This document shows, in pieces, positions 46,280-55,867 of a DNA stretch of 64,000 nucleotides. The notes below the pieces were generated by a model. The model searched no databases, had not been told where the DNA came from, and worked only from the letters and a program-made list of their open reading frames with translations. The stretch spans positions 96,001-160,000 of the IMG/VR virus record IMGVR_UViG_3300042449_000993. One strand, 5' to 3'. Both the position numbers and the translations under genes were made by a program. This DNA is from a virus. How positions within the stretch are numbered: the first letter of the stretch is position 1; each line of letters opens with the position of its first letter.

Positions 46280-47847
46280 TAAAACCAACAAATAAAGTTG
46301 TTGTAGTCGGTGGTGGTAGTTCTGGCTGGATGTCAGCAGCTGCTCTTATACGCACATTTCCAGAAAAAGATATCGTTGTAATTGAAAGTCCAGACGTTCC
46401 AACTGTTGGTGTTGGTGAAAGCACATTAGGTCAATTTAAAACTTTCTGCAACTTCCTTGAAATTGAAGAAGAAGATTTCATGAAGTTCACTGATGCAAGT
46501 TATAAGATGAGCATCAAATTCACAAACTTCTTTGCAAATGACTCAAGCAGTTTTCATTATCCGTTCGGCATTCCATTCACAAAAAACACGCTAAATGGAC
46601 TTGATGATTGGTTTGTAAAAAAGGCAATGTTTCCAGAAACTCCAATTTCTGATTTTGTCCATTGCTACTTTCCATCTGCTGCGTTGTTTGAAAGAAATAA
46701 ATTCTCAGAAAATCTTGATGGCAAATTCGAAAGTTTCAATCCAAAAACTGATGTTGCTTATCACTTCGATGCAATTAAATTTGCTTTGTGGTTGAGAGAT
46801 CGATATTGTAAACCACGTGGCGTTAAACATATTCAAGCAACAGTCACAGACATAAAAGTCGGTGAGAATGGAATTGAGAAACTTGTTTTAAATACTGGTG
46901 ATGAGATTCGATCAGACTTGTTTATTGATTGCACAGGCTTTAGAAGTTTATTAATTGGTGATGCGCTTAAACAAGAATTTTTCTCATATGGTGATGTGCT
47001 TCCAAACAATCGTGCATGGGCGGCTCAGGTTCCATATAAAAATAAATCTATAGAACTCGAAGCATATACACATTGCACGGCGATTGAGAATGGATGGGTC
47101 TGGAATACTCCAGTTTGGACTCGTATTGGTACTGGATATGTTTACAGCGACAAATTTGTAGATCCAGAAACTGCTCTTGAAGAATTTAAACGTCATCTAA
47201 TGAGTGACAAAATGGTTTGTCCTCGTACTAGAGAAGAAGTTGAAAGTCTCAAGTTCAGAGACATTTCAATGCGCGTTGGTGCATACAAAAACACATTTGT
47301 TAAAAACGTTGTTGCAATTGGTCTTTCTGCTGGATTTATTGAGCCATTAGAATCAAATGGATTGTTTACAGTTCATGAATTTCTTTATAATCTATTGAAA
47401 CTATTACAGCGCCCAGCAATCACTCAATTGGATAAAGAGTTATATAATATACACACATTTAGAATGTGGAAGAGTTTTGCAGACTTTGTTGCGCTTCATT
47501 ATGGATTTAGCACAAGAGATGATACCCCATATTGGAAAGCGAATTTAAATAGAAGTCATTGCAAAGACGGACCAGATATATTTCATGAGACGTTAATTAG
47601 ATCTATGTTCAATACTCATTCAAATCCAGGAATGATTGATGGTATTAATTGGATTGCTGTTGGCATGCACCATTTCTTCTATGATAAAATCAATTTTGAT
47701 AAGTCTATGATGAATGCAGAGAACATCGGTAAATATAAAAGAACCTTTAGAATTTTTGAAGATAAAAAAGAACGTTGGAGAAAATTTGCTGATGATGCTC
47801 CAAGTTTATATGAATATCAGAAACAAAAAATATATAATGAAGAGTGA
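46276..47847 (+). CDS. Flavin-dependent (tryptophan-halogenase-like) enzyme
   Basis: GGGSSGW, GVGEST, YKMSIKF (catalytic Lys position), FIDCTGF, GWVWNTP, GFIEPLES. Confidence 0.88.
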   Translation: MIKPTNKVVVVGGGSSGWMSAAALIRTFPEKDIVVIESPDVPTVGVGESTLGQFKTFCNFLEIEEEDFMKFTDASYKMSIKFTNFFANDSSSFHYPFGIPFTKNTLNGLDDWFVKKAMFPETPISDFVHCYFPSAALFERNKFSENLDGKFESFNPKTDVAYHFDAIKFALWLRDRYCKPRGVKHIQATVTDIKVGENGIEKLVLNTGDEIRSDLFIDCTGFRSLLIGDALKQEFFSYGDVLPNNRAWAAQVPYKNKSIELEAYTHCTAIENGWVWNTPVWTRIGTGYVYSDKFVDPETALEEFKRHLMSDKMVCPRTREEVESLKFRDISMRVGAYKNTFVKNVVAIGLSAGFIEPLESNGLFTVHEFLYNLLKLLQRPAITQLDKELYNIHTFRMWKSFADFVALHYGFSTRDDTPYWKANLNRSHCKDGPDIFHETLIRSMFNTHSNPGMIDGINWIAVGMHHFFYDKINFDKSMMNAENIGKYKRTFRIFEDKKERWRKFADDAPSLYEYQKQKIYNEE

Positions 47848-47850
47848 TTT

Positions 47851-48639
47851 ATGAATATATTAGTTATTGGTCGAGGTTGGGTTGGTCATAAAATGTTCAC
47901 TGAACTTGTTATTCGTGGGCATGTCGTTAAGTATGTGCCACATTCTTATAATATTGAGAAAGCTGGAATTCAACATGATTGGGTTGTCAATTGCGCTGGA
48001 CTTACTGGCAAACCAAATGTTGATGCTTGCGAGAAAGAAAAGAGAAAAACATTTGAAGCAAATGCAATATTTCCAGTGTTGTTGTATGAACAATGCAAAA
48101 GGATGAATATTAAATTTGCTCACTTTTCGAGTGGATGCATTTACAAAGGAACTATTGATTCTGTAAATGCTGAACCAAACTATTTTGGCAGTACATACTC
48201 GATCAGCAAAGGCATTTCTGATAGTTACTTGATTGATAAAGCAGTTGTGTTTAGAATTCGAATGCCATTTACTAGTGCATACGAAGATAAAAATTTATTC
48301 ACAAAGTTGACCAAATATGCTAATTCAGGTAAACTAGTAGAAGGTGGTCCAAATTCACTAACTGATTTGGATGAAGCAGTTTCTGTTGCGTGCGATATTA
48401 TCGAACGCAATTTAGGTGTTGGTCCATACAATCTTGTAAATACAGGAACTGTCACAACGCATGAAATTGCTGAGATGTTGGGATTAGAATCGCAATGGTA
48501 TACTTCTGAAGAATTTAAAGCAATAACTGCTGCTGACCGATCGAATTGTGTGATTCCAAGTTACTCAGGAATGAGCGACGTGAAAGAAGCATTAGCAAAA
48601 AGAATTGAAACATTTAGAGGATTATATGACTGGATCTGA
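47851..48639 (+). CDS. RmlD-like NAD(P)-dependent epimerase/reductase
   Basis: G.GWVG, NCAG.TGKPNVDACE, SSGCIY, YS.SK, RIRMP. Confidence 0.85.
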   Translation: MNILVIGRGWVGHKMFTELVIRGHVVKYVPHSYNIEKAGIQHDWVVNCAGLTGKPNVDACEKEKRKTFEANAIFPVLLYEQCKRMNIKFAHFSSGCIYKGTIDSVNAEPNYFGSTYSISKGISDSYLIDKAVVFRIRMPFTSAYEDKNLFTKLTKYANSGKLVEGGPNSLTDLDEAVSVACDIIERNLGVGPYNLVNTGTVTTHEIAEMLGLESQWYTSEEFKAITAADRSNCVIPSYSGMSDVKEALAKRIETFRGLYDWI

Positions 48640-49927
48640 CGTGAAAACAATGATTGAAGAACTTGTTGCTGCTGTTGGTACGCCGAAGTATGCTTACAAC
48701 TGCAAAGAATTCAATCCTGAAAAAGATACAATTTTTTATTCAGGTCCGTATTGGGATGAGAAAGAAATTATCGCTGGTGTCACTGCATTCTTGACAGGCA
48801 AGTGGCTTGTTTCTGGTGAGAACGTTGCCAAGTTTCAATGGGCATTCGGTCACAAGTTCAATGTCAAACACTGCCACATGGTCAACTCTGGTTCATCAGC
48901 CAATCTTACCATGGTTGCTGCTCTCAAGAAACGTCTTGGTTGGAAAGATGGTGATCAAGTTATCGTGTCACCAGTTGGCTTCCCAACTACAATTGCTCCA
49001 TTGGTTCAAAACGGATTGACTCCTGTATTCGTTGATATTGAAATGGATACACTTAATTTTAATCTTGATCATGTTGAGAAGTGGATTACTGATAAGACTG
49101 TTGCTGTTTTCGTTTCGCCTGTCCTTGGCAATCCACCAGACATGGATCGCATTGCTCGACTCTGCGCAGAAAACGACATATATTTGATTGGTGATAACTG
49201 CGATTCACTTGGCACAAAGTGGAATGGTAGATTATTGACAGACTATTATTATTCATGGACCACTTCTTTTTATCCAGCGCATCACATGTCGACTGGAGAG
49301 GGTGGAATGGTGTGCTCAAATGACGAAGAACTTATTAATACAGCGCGTTCAATTAGTTGGTGGGGTCGTGATTGCCGTTGCGTCGGTGCTGCTAATCTAT
49401 TGGCTTGCGGGACATGCGGTAATCGCTTTGATAAATGGCTTGAAGGCTATAATGGGATAATTGATCACAAGTATCTCTTCTCAAATATGGGATACAATCT
49501 CAAGCCACTTGATCTTCAAGGTGCAATTGGCATTGAGCAGTTGAAGAAGATTGATGACATTGACGTGAAGCGTCGTGCCAATTTTAGTCGCATTAAGAAT
49601 CTATTTGAAAAGTATGTTCCTGGTGTTCGTGTTGCTTCTGCTCTCGATAAAGCAGATCCTTCTTGGTTCGGTGTTCCATTAATTACAGATACACCTGAAC
49701 TCAAAGAAAAACTCCAGGCATACTGCGAAGCAAATAGAATTCAAACTCGTAACTACTTTGCTGGAAATATTCTATTGCATCCTGGTTACAAGCATCTTGA
49801 TGATGCTTCGAAGTATTCGAATGCAAACAAGGCGTTGAGCAATGTATTTTTCGTCGGTTGCCCACCACATTATGGCGAAGAAGTTTTTGCTTATTATGAG
49901 AGTGTAATCTCAAAATGGCATTCGTAA
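48626..49927 (+). CDS. rfbH: NDP-4-keto-6-deoxyglucose 3-dehydrase (RfbH/DdhC-like, DegT family)
   Basis: NSGSSANL, SFYPAHH (His replaces Lys), TGEGG, Cys cluster GRDC.C...CGTC. Confidence 0.85.
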   Translation: MTGSDVKTMIEELVAAVGTPKYAYNCKEFNPEKDTIFYSGPYWDEKEIIAGVTAFLTGKWLVSGENVAKFQWAFGHKFNVKHCHMVNSGSSANLTMVAALKKRLGWKDGDQVIVSPVGFPTTIAPLVQNGLTPVFVDIEMDTLNFNLDHVEKWITDKTVAVFVSPVLGNPPDMDRIARLCAENDIYLIGDNCDSLGTKWNGRLLTDYYYSWTTSFYPAHHMSTGEGGMVCSNDEELINTARSISWWGRDCRCVGAANLLACGTCGNRFDKWLEGYNGIIDHKYLFSNMGYNLKPLDLQGAIGIEQLKKIDDIDVKRRANFSRIKNLFEKYVPGVRVASALDKADPSWFGVPLITDTPELKEKLQAYCEANRIQTRNYFAGNILLHPGYKHLDDASKYSNANKALSNVFFVGCPPHYGEEVFAYYESVISKWHS

Positions 49928-50799
49928 ATGTTTTCGGAGGATACGGATTTGTCGGAAGCGAGTATTGTAAAATCTCGAAGAATGGGCTCATCATTAACTA
50001 TCGAGACAATTACGAAGTACGCAGTGCGGAGTGTGTTTACTTTATTAGCACTGTTGACAATTATAATGTACACTTCGATAACCTATTGGATATTAATACT
50101 AACCTCGTTGTCTTGATGAAGGTTCTGGATAGTTATCGCAAATATATACAGAGAACTGGTGAGAAAGGTTGTTTTAATTTCATTAGTTCCTGGTTTGTGT
50201 ATGGCAAAGATTCTGGATTCGGTGCAGGTTCTTGTGGAATCTCGGAGACTGAGTCTTGTGATCCAAAAGGATTTTATTCAATCACAAAGCGTTGCGCAGA
50301 ACAATTGCTTATTTCTTATTGCGAAACGTTCAATCTAAACTATCGTATCTTGAGGTTGGCAAATGTTCTTGGAAAAGATGATAAAAAAGTTTCCTCAAAG
50401 AAGAATGCACTCCAGTATCTACTCGGAGAACTCAAAGCAAACCGCCCAGTCGACCTCTACGACTCTGGTTATTTTTATCGCGATTATATTGACGTTAGGG
50501 ATTGTGCTCGTGCTATCGACCTTTGTGTTCGATCTGGGCAACAAAATAGCATCTATAATATCGGCAACGGTAAGGGTGTAATCTTTAGAGACATTGTTCG
50601 TTATGCTAGAGACGCAATGGACTCTGGATCTAAAATTAATACGATAGAACAGAAAGAGTTTCACAAGAAAGTTCAATCCTCTCGCTCTTTCTTTATGGAT
50701 AATACGAAGTTAATGGCTCTCGGATATCGCCCTGCATATACGATCAATCAAACGATCGATGACATTATACACGACACATTAACTGATAAAAATAACTAA
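49915..50799 (+). CDS. NAD-dependent epimerase/dehydratase (extended SDR)
   Basis: GG.GFVG, ISSW.VYG, YSITK, RLANV, RDYIDV.D. Confidence 0.85.
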   Translation: MAFVNVFGGYGFVGSEYCKISKNGLIINYRDNYEVRSAECVYFISTVDNYNVHFDNLLDINTNLVVLMKVLDSYRKYIQRTGEKGCFNFISSWFVYGKDSGFGAGSCGISETESCDPKGFYSITKRCAEQLLISYCETFNLNYRILRLANVLGKDDKKVSSKKNALQYLLGELKANRPVDLYDSGYFYRDYIDVRDCARAIDLCVRSGQQNSIYNIGNGKGVIFRDIVRYARDAMDSGSKINTIEQKEFHKKVQSSRSFFMDNTKLMALGYRPAYTINQTIDDIIHDTLTDKNN

Positions 50800-50802
50800 A
50801 TA
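50795..50802 (+). promoter_or_regulatory. Probable late promoter variant
   Basis: ACTAAATA at boundary into virion-protein block. Confidence 0.5.
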
Positions 50803-50830
50803 TACTATAATCCCACAGTGTGGAGAGAGT

Positions 50831-51982
50831 ATGTTTAGTTTTAAAGACTATATTCCATTATTAACAGAAGAAAAGAAACCTGCTCGCGGAATCTTACATC
50901 TTCCGCACCCTTCTGAATCAGCATTCCACAATCGTCGTGGAGCAGTAGGATCAACTCTCTCTAAAATTCAAAATGTGATCAATGGAAAGGCTCCGTTGAC
51001 TCGAAAGATCGACGATCGCATGTCATTCCAGGCTATTCGCGATGAGCAAGGTAGAATCGGAGTTAAGTATAAAGGTCAAGGTGCAACCTATAACTTCTCT
51101 CCAGAAGATATTAAAAAGCAACACAGCGAAAAGCCATATATCGCTGGTCCACTTCTAAATCTCCATAAACATATTCATAAAATTCTTCCAGAAGGTCCAG
51201 GAGAATATCAAGGTGGATATTTAAGTTCTTTGAATGATCGCACTGAAGAGGATGGTAAGATTGGGCACAAACCAAATACTATTCGCTATTCTGTAGATAA
51301 AAACTCTACAGAAGGTAAAAAATTGGCTAAAGCCCCAATCAGCGTTGTCGTCCATTCTCGAATTGATGCAAGCGGAAAGGCATCTCCGCTAGAGGCTGGT
51401 GCACTAAAAGAACATCCAGATGTTCACGTGATGAGTCATGTTGTAAGTGATGAAGAAAGAAAAATTCCAGCTGCATCAAAGAGAAAAGCACTCGAACATA
51501 TTGCAGCTGCAAAGAAACTCGCAAAAGATCAATCAACGAATCATCACGAAGGTCATGAAGAAACCCTATTGCGTTATGCAAACTCAACAGTTGATACTGG
51601 CGAGAAGCCAAGCGCAAAAGGTTACACAAAGTTCTTACAACAATATCATCAAAAGAAAATTGACAAAGTTAAGACTGATAAAGCGAAGGCTCAGAAAACT
51701 GAGACTATGAGAGCTGCAATTAATCATGTAAATGACAATCTTGATAAGTTTGATAAGACCTTCGAAATTCACCATCACATTCATCAAGCAACACAAGCAG
51801 TTGCAAATACTCTCTCAAAAACAGCACATGGTGGTTATTCTCATCACATTGATGGTCAAGAAGCTGCTGGTGAAGGTTTTGTTTCTGGAGGAATGAAGTT
51901 TGTTCCTCGAGCATTTACTGAAGCAAATCGTAAACGTTCAGCAGAATTTAAAGCAGCAAAAGAGCAAAAGAGCGTACTATGA
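50831..51982 (+). CDS. Probable virion/internal protein, possible ligase-like fold
   Basis: N-terminal MFSFKDY..LLTEE targeting-like motif; HL.HP, K.D, EGFV, KFV.R..F..AN. Confidence 0.6.
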   Translation: MFSFKDYIPLLTEEKKPARGILHLPHPSESAFHNRRGAVGSTLSKIQNVINGKAPLTRKIDDRMSFQAIRDEQGRIGVKYKGQGATYNFSPEDIKKQHSEKPYIAGPLLNLHKHIHKILPEGPGEYQGGYLSSLNDRTEEDGKIGHKPNTIRYSVDKNSTEGKKLAKAPISVVVHSRIDASGKASPLEAGALKEHPDVHVMSHVVSDEERKIPAASKRKALEHIAAAKKLAKDQSTNHHEGHEETLLRYANSTVDTGEKPSAKGYTKFLQQYHQKKIDKVKTDKAKAQKTETMRAAINHVNDNLDKFDKTFEIHHHIHQATQAVANTLSKTAHGGYSHHIDGQEAAGEGFVSGGMKFVPRAFTEANRKRSAEFKAAKEQKSVL

Positions 51983-54900
51983 GTAAGGCAACATTTACAT
52001 TTGGTAGATTTAATCCTCCAACTGAAGAAGGTCATGGCAAATTGGTCAGTGCTGTTATTGATCATGCTGAGAAAACTGGAGGAAAACACTATGTGTTTCC
52101 ATCGCACTCTCAAGATAAAAAGAAAAATCCATTGACTCATGGTGATAAAGTTCATGCGATGAATCGCTTGTTCCCAAATGCAAATGTTGTTGCTCATAAT
52201 AAAGTTCGCACTGCAATTGATGCAATGAAGCATTTAGAGAAGCAAGGTCATAAAGAAGTTACCATGGTTGTTGGTTCTGATCGTGTTGATAATTTCCACT
52301 CTCTACTCAATAAATATAGAACCAAAGAATATCCAGGAATCAAAAAAGTAAACGTAGTTTCAGCAGGCAATCGTGATCCAGATGCAGAAGGAGAAGAAGG
52401 CGAATCTGCTTCTAAACATCGAGCATTGGTAGCTGCTGGAAAAAGAGACGAATTTATTTCAAAATACAGCGATCCAAAATTGGGCGCACATATACATGAT
52501 AAGGTAAAAGCAGGTATGCAAATGGAATCAGTTTCACCAGTTGGTATTTTCTTACTTGGCGGTCCAGGAAGTGGAAAAGATTATGTTTTGAAGAATATTT
52601 TTTCACGTTTTGACTTGATCGAAGTTCAAGCAGATCAAATTTTAAATGGTGCTGCTTCAGAATTACTCGAGCAAAACGTTAACATCGTAATTAATGGTGT
52701 TTCTGATTCAAATAAGATTGCAGATATTCAAACTTTCCTTGAGGGATATACTTTTGATTTTGTTCATGTTTCTGTTACAAATAAAGTTTCACGTATGCGC
52801 AATGAACAACGTGAACAACCACTCGTAGAAACAAAACGCATTGATAAATTCCTCAAAGCAGAAAAACTTGCTGAAGAAACTGGTGCATTCGTTTTCAACA
52901 ATTCAATCAATCTCAATGAATCATCAGAGATGGAAAGAGTATTCTTCGGTTCACAAATCGAAAGACTCTTAGAGAGAGTGGTCAATTTGGGTCTCGAAAT
53001 GAAAGCAAATCCAGAACCAAAAGCATTTACAGTGATCAAGGAAAAGTATTTCCCACCAGTAGCAAAGCACAAGTCAGGATTGCCAAAGAAGTATGTTGGT
53101 AAACTTTCAGACACAACCGCTGCTGCTCGTAAGGCTCATTGGAAAAAGATGGGCAAGTTATCAGATAGCGATCCAAGAGCGTATGAGCCAGCTCCTGGTG
53201 ATGCAACATCAAAAACGAAACCAAGCAAACATACAATTGCTGTTCGTAAGATGATGGGTGAACAAATTGAAGGCGATCTGAAGAAGCCACATACTGTTGA
53301 AAACATTGCGAAAAAGCACGACGTAACTGTTGATGTAATTAACAAAGCATTAGAGCATGGCATCAAAGTTGAGATGGAGCACACAAAAGATAAAGAAACT
53401 GCTCAAACAATCGCATTAGCACATCTTTGGGAAAAACCAGATTACTATAAATTGTTAGCGAAAATGGAGCAGGTTCAACCACCTGTTGATCATGTTGCTG
53501 CTGAAAAGAAAATGGAACGCGAAAGAAGAATTCGCGACACTCGAGTTTTAACTCATCAAAATCGCCACATCCATCAAGCAGCAATGGGTGAAGCCATTCG
53601 TCGTGTTCCACGCAGCGGAAATATTACGGCAGTAAATCAAAAAAGAGATTTAAACGATGCTGAAAGAGCAGCATTTGAAAAAGCCAAGAATGCAATTGCA
53701 ACATCAAAAGTTCAAGAAGAAGTAATTGATGAAGGCGCAGCAGATACTTCATTGGCAGCAAAAGCCAAAAAGTCTGGCATCTCACTTGGAAAACTTCGTA
53801 AAGTGTATAATCGTGGGGTGGCTGCTTGGAATTCTGGACATCGTCCAGGAACAACACCACAACAGTGGGGTCATGCTCGTGTAAATTCTTACATCAATAA
53901 GGGTAAGACATATTATACAGCAGATAAAGATTTGCGTGAAGATACAGATATTAATGATCTATTTGAAATGCAACTAGTGGGCACGGACGAATACCGAAAG
54001 CATGCTATTGCTATGACACCAGGACAAGGAGAAATTGAAGATGCTTTCCCAGTTAAGAGCCCAAATAAGAAACCTGTGGCAGTTCCTGCAAAGAAAGGCG
54101 AATCAATCGTCTCTCAATATACAGAGCACACAAATTGCGGAACGCCAGATTGCTGCGGAGAATGCTCTTCGAATGATGAGAATAGAGGAACAAATGAATC
54201 AAGTGTTCCAAGATCTTTCAGAGCAATCAGAGAAGCGTCCAAGAAAGAAGAAATAGATCCAACGCCAACTTTGAATACAAAAAGAAAGAAATCTACAAAT
54301 AATCCACAAACATATAATTCAACTCTTGGTGGATTGATGGTTTCTCCAAAACATTCAATGTTCGAGGCTGACGCAGAAAAGAAGAAAGATTTCATGCCAA
54401 CACCTCGTCAAGTACCACCACCTCCAGGCGGTCATCCAGTTCCAAAAGGATACAAAAGAGTTAGAGATAATATTGCTGGATGGAAATTGGTCAAAGAAGA
54501 AGGCGAACCAGAATTAACATTAGAAGAAGCAGTATCATATCACCTCGAAAATAAAATCTCTTTCACTGAGAATGTTTTCCGTCCAGGATCAGATATGTTC
54601 TTTGAAATGATTAGCGAAGCCAAGCGTCTTTATTCTGAAGGTAGATATGAACCGAAAGACGAATGGGAAAAAGATATGTTGGATTCAAACATCGGCGAAA
54701 TTGCTGAATTTGAAGGTCAACAAGTTGTTCTTGATTATCCTATCGAAGAAGGTCTTGAAGAATGCTGGTCTGGTTACACACAAAAAGGAATGAAGAAAAA
54801 GGGTGATAAGATGGTCCCTAACTGTGTTCCTATGAATGAAGAAGATAAAACCAACGGTAAAGGTATCGGCAAGCCATGGCAAGAAGGTGGTGGTGGAGCC

Positions 54901-55101
54901 GTTTACGTTAAGGTTGGTGACAGCGTCCGCAAGATCAGTTTTAGCAAATCTGGAATGAAGAAAAGGTATATGGATCCAGCAGCTACAAGATCATTTGTCG
55001 CTCGTCATCGTTGCTTAACAAATAAAGATAAGACCAGTGCATCCTACTGGGCATGTCGTTGGCCACGTTTCTTCAGTAATTCTGGAAAGATATGGTGGTA
55101 A
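51979..55101 (+). CDS. Large multidomain protein: cytidylyltransferase-like plus P-loop domain plus small basic modules
   Basis: FGRFNPPT..GH, VVGSDR, AG.RDPD; GGPGSGKD; later modules separated by xxE sites. Confidence 0.75.
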   Translation: MSKATFTFGRFNPPTEEGHGKLVSAVIDHAEKTGGKHYVFPSHSQDKKKNPLTHGDKVHAMNRLFPNANVVAHNKVRTAIDAMKHLEKQGHKEVTMVVGSDRVDNFHSLLNKYRTKEYPGIKKVNVVSAGNRDPDAEGEEGESASKHRALVAAGKRDEFISKYSDPKLGAHIHDKVKAGMQMESVSPVGIFLLGGPGSGKDYVLKNIFSRFDLIEVQADQILNGAASELLEQNVNIVINGVSDSNKIADIQTFLEGYTFDFVHVSVTNKVSRMRNEQREQPLVETKRIDKFLKAEKLAEETGAFVFNNSINLNESSEMERVFFGSQIERLLERVVNLGLEMKANPEPKAFTVIKEKYFPPVAKHKSGLPKKYVGKLSDTTAAARKAHWKKMGKLSDSDPRAYEPAPGDATSKTKPSKHTIAVRKMMGEQIEGDLKKPHTVENIAKKHDVTVDVINKALEHGIKVEMEHTKDKETAQTIALAHLWEKPDYYKLLAKMEQVQPPVDHVAAEKKMERERRIRDTRVLTHQNRHIHQAAMGEAIRRVPRSGNITAVNQKRDLNDAERAAFEKAKNAIATSKVQEEVIDEGAADTSLAAKAKKSGISLGKLRKVYNRGVAAWNSGHRPGTTPQQWGHARVNSYINKGKTYYTADKDLREDTDINDLFEMQLVGTDEYRKHAIAMTPGQGEIEDAFPVKSPNKKPVAVPAKKGESIVSQYTEHTNCGTPDCCGECSSNDENRGTNESSVPRSFRAIREASKKEEIDPTPTLNTKRKKSTNNPQTYNSTLGGLMVSPKHSMFEADAEKKKDFMPTPRQVPPPPGGHPVPKGYKRVRDNIAGWKLVKEEGEPELTLEEAVSYHLENKISFTENVFRPGSDMFFEMISEAKRLYSEGRYEPKDEWEKDMLDSNIGEIAEFEGQQVVLDYPIEEGLEECWSGYTQKGMKKKGDKMVPNCVPMNEEDKTNGKGIGKPWQEGGGGAVYVKVGDSVRKISFSKSGMKKRYMDPAATRSFVARHRCLTNKDKTSASYWACRWPRFFSNSGKIWW

Positions 55102-55386
55102 ATGGTTGATAAGCCATACATTGACGAAAAACTAAATACTTGGACGTTCTTGCGCACATTTAAGCATGACGTTTTAACTGAAGAATTAGTATGGCATCGC
55201 GATGAAAGAGGCAGATATATTGAGGTTTTAGAAGGTATTGGTTGGGAAATACAATTTGATGATCGATTGCCAAGAAAATTAATTAAGGGTGATCACTTTT
55301 TTATACCTGCCAAAACCTTTCACAGAATTAAACGTGGAACGACAGACTTAAAGTTAAAAATTGAGGAATTTGATGAAATATCATAA
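55102..55386 (+). CDS. Cupin-like protein
   Basis: WHRD, IP...FHR.KRG. Confidence 0.7.
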   Translation: MVDKPYIDEKLNTWTFLRTFKHDVLTEELVWHRDERGRYIEVLEGIGWEIQFDDRLPRKLIKGDHFFIPAKTFHRIKRGTTDLKLKIEEFDEIS

Positions 55387-55867
55387 TCTAGTTGAACAAG
55401 CAGAGACGATGATCAATGAGCAAGCAGAACCTGCTCTTATTGATGCACTCACAAACGTTTTCGCAGATGCCTTTGTTTTTTACTTTAAGGCTCACTCTTT
55501 TCATTGGAATGTAATTGGAAAAGATTTTCCTCAATATCATAAGTTCTTCGGTAAAATCTATGAAGGTGTTTTCAGCAATATGGATAAACTCGCTGAGGAG
55601 ATTCGCGCTTTAAATGCACCAGCTCCGATGAATCTTGCAACATTAATTGCAAATTCTAAGATTATGGAAAATAAAGATACATTAACTGCAACAGAAATGG
55701 TTGCTGCTCTTACAGCAGATAATACAAAAATTCTTGCTGGTCTTTTAGCATGCGCAAAAATGGCAGAAGCCGCAGATGAAATTGGACTTAACGACTTTCT
55801 CACTCAACTCTATGACGAGCACAAGAAATTGGCTTGGATGTTGTCATCAACTCTAAAGGTTCTATAA
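55373..55867 (+). CDS. dps: Dps / ferritin-like protein
   Basis: KAHSFHWNV.G..F..YH..F..IY, D.LAEEIR, H.K.AWML. Confidence 0.88.
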   Translation: MKYHNLVEQAETMINEQAEPALIDALTNVFADAFVFYFKAHSFHWNVIGKDFPQYHKFFGKIYEGVFSNMDKLAEEIRALNAPAPMNLATLIANSKIMENKDTLTATEMVAALTADNTKILAGLLACAKMAEAADEIGLNDFLTQLYDEHKKLAWMLSSTLKVL

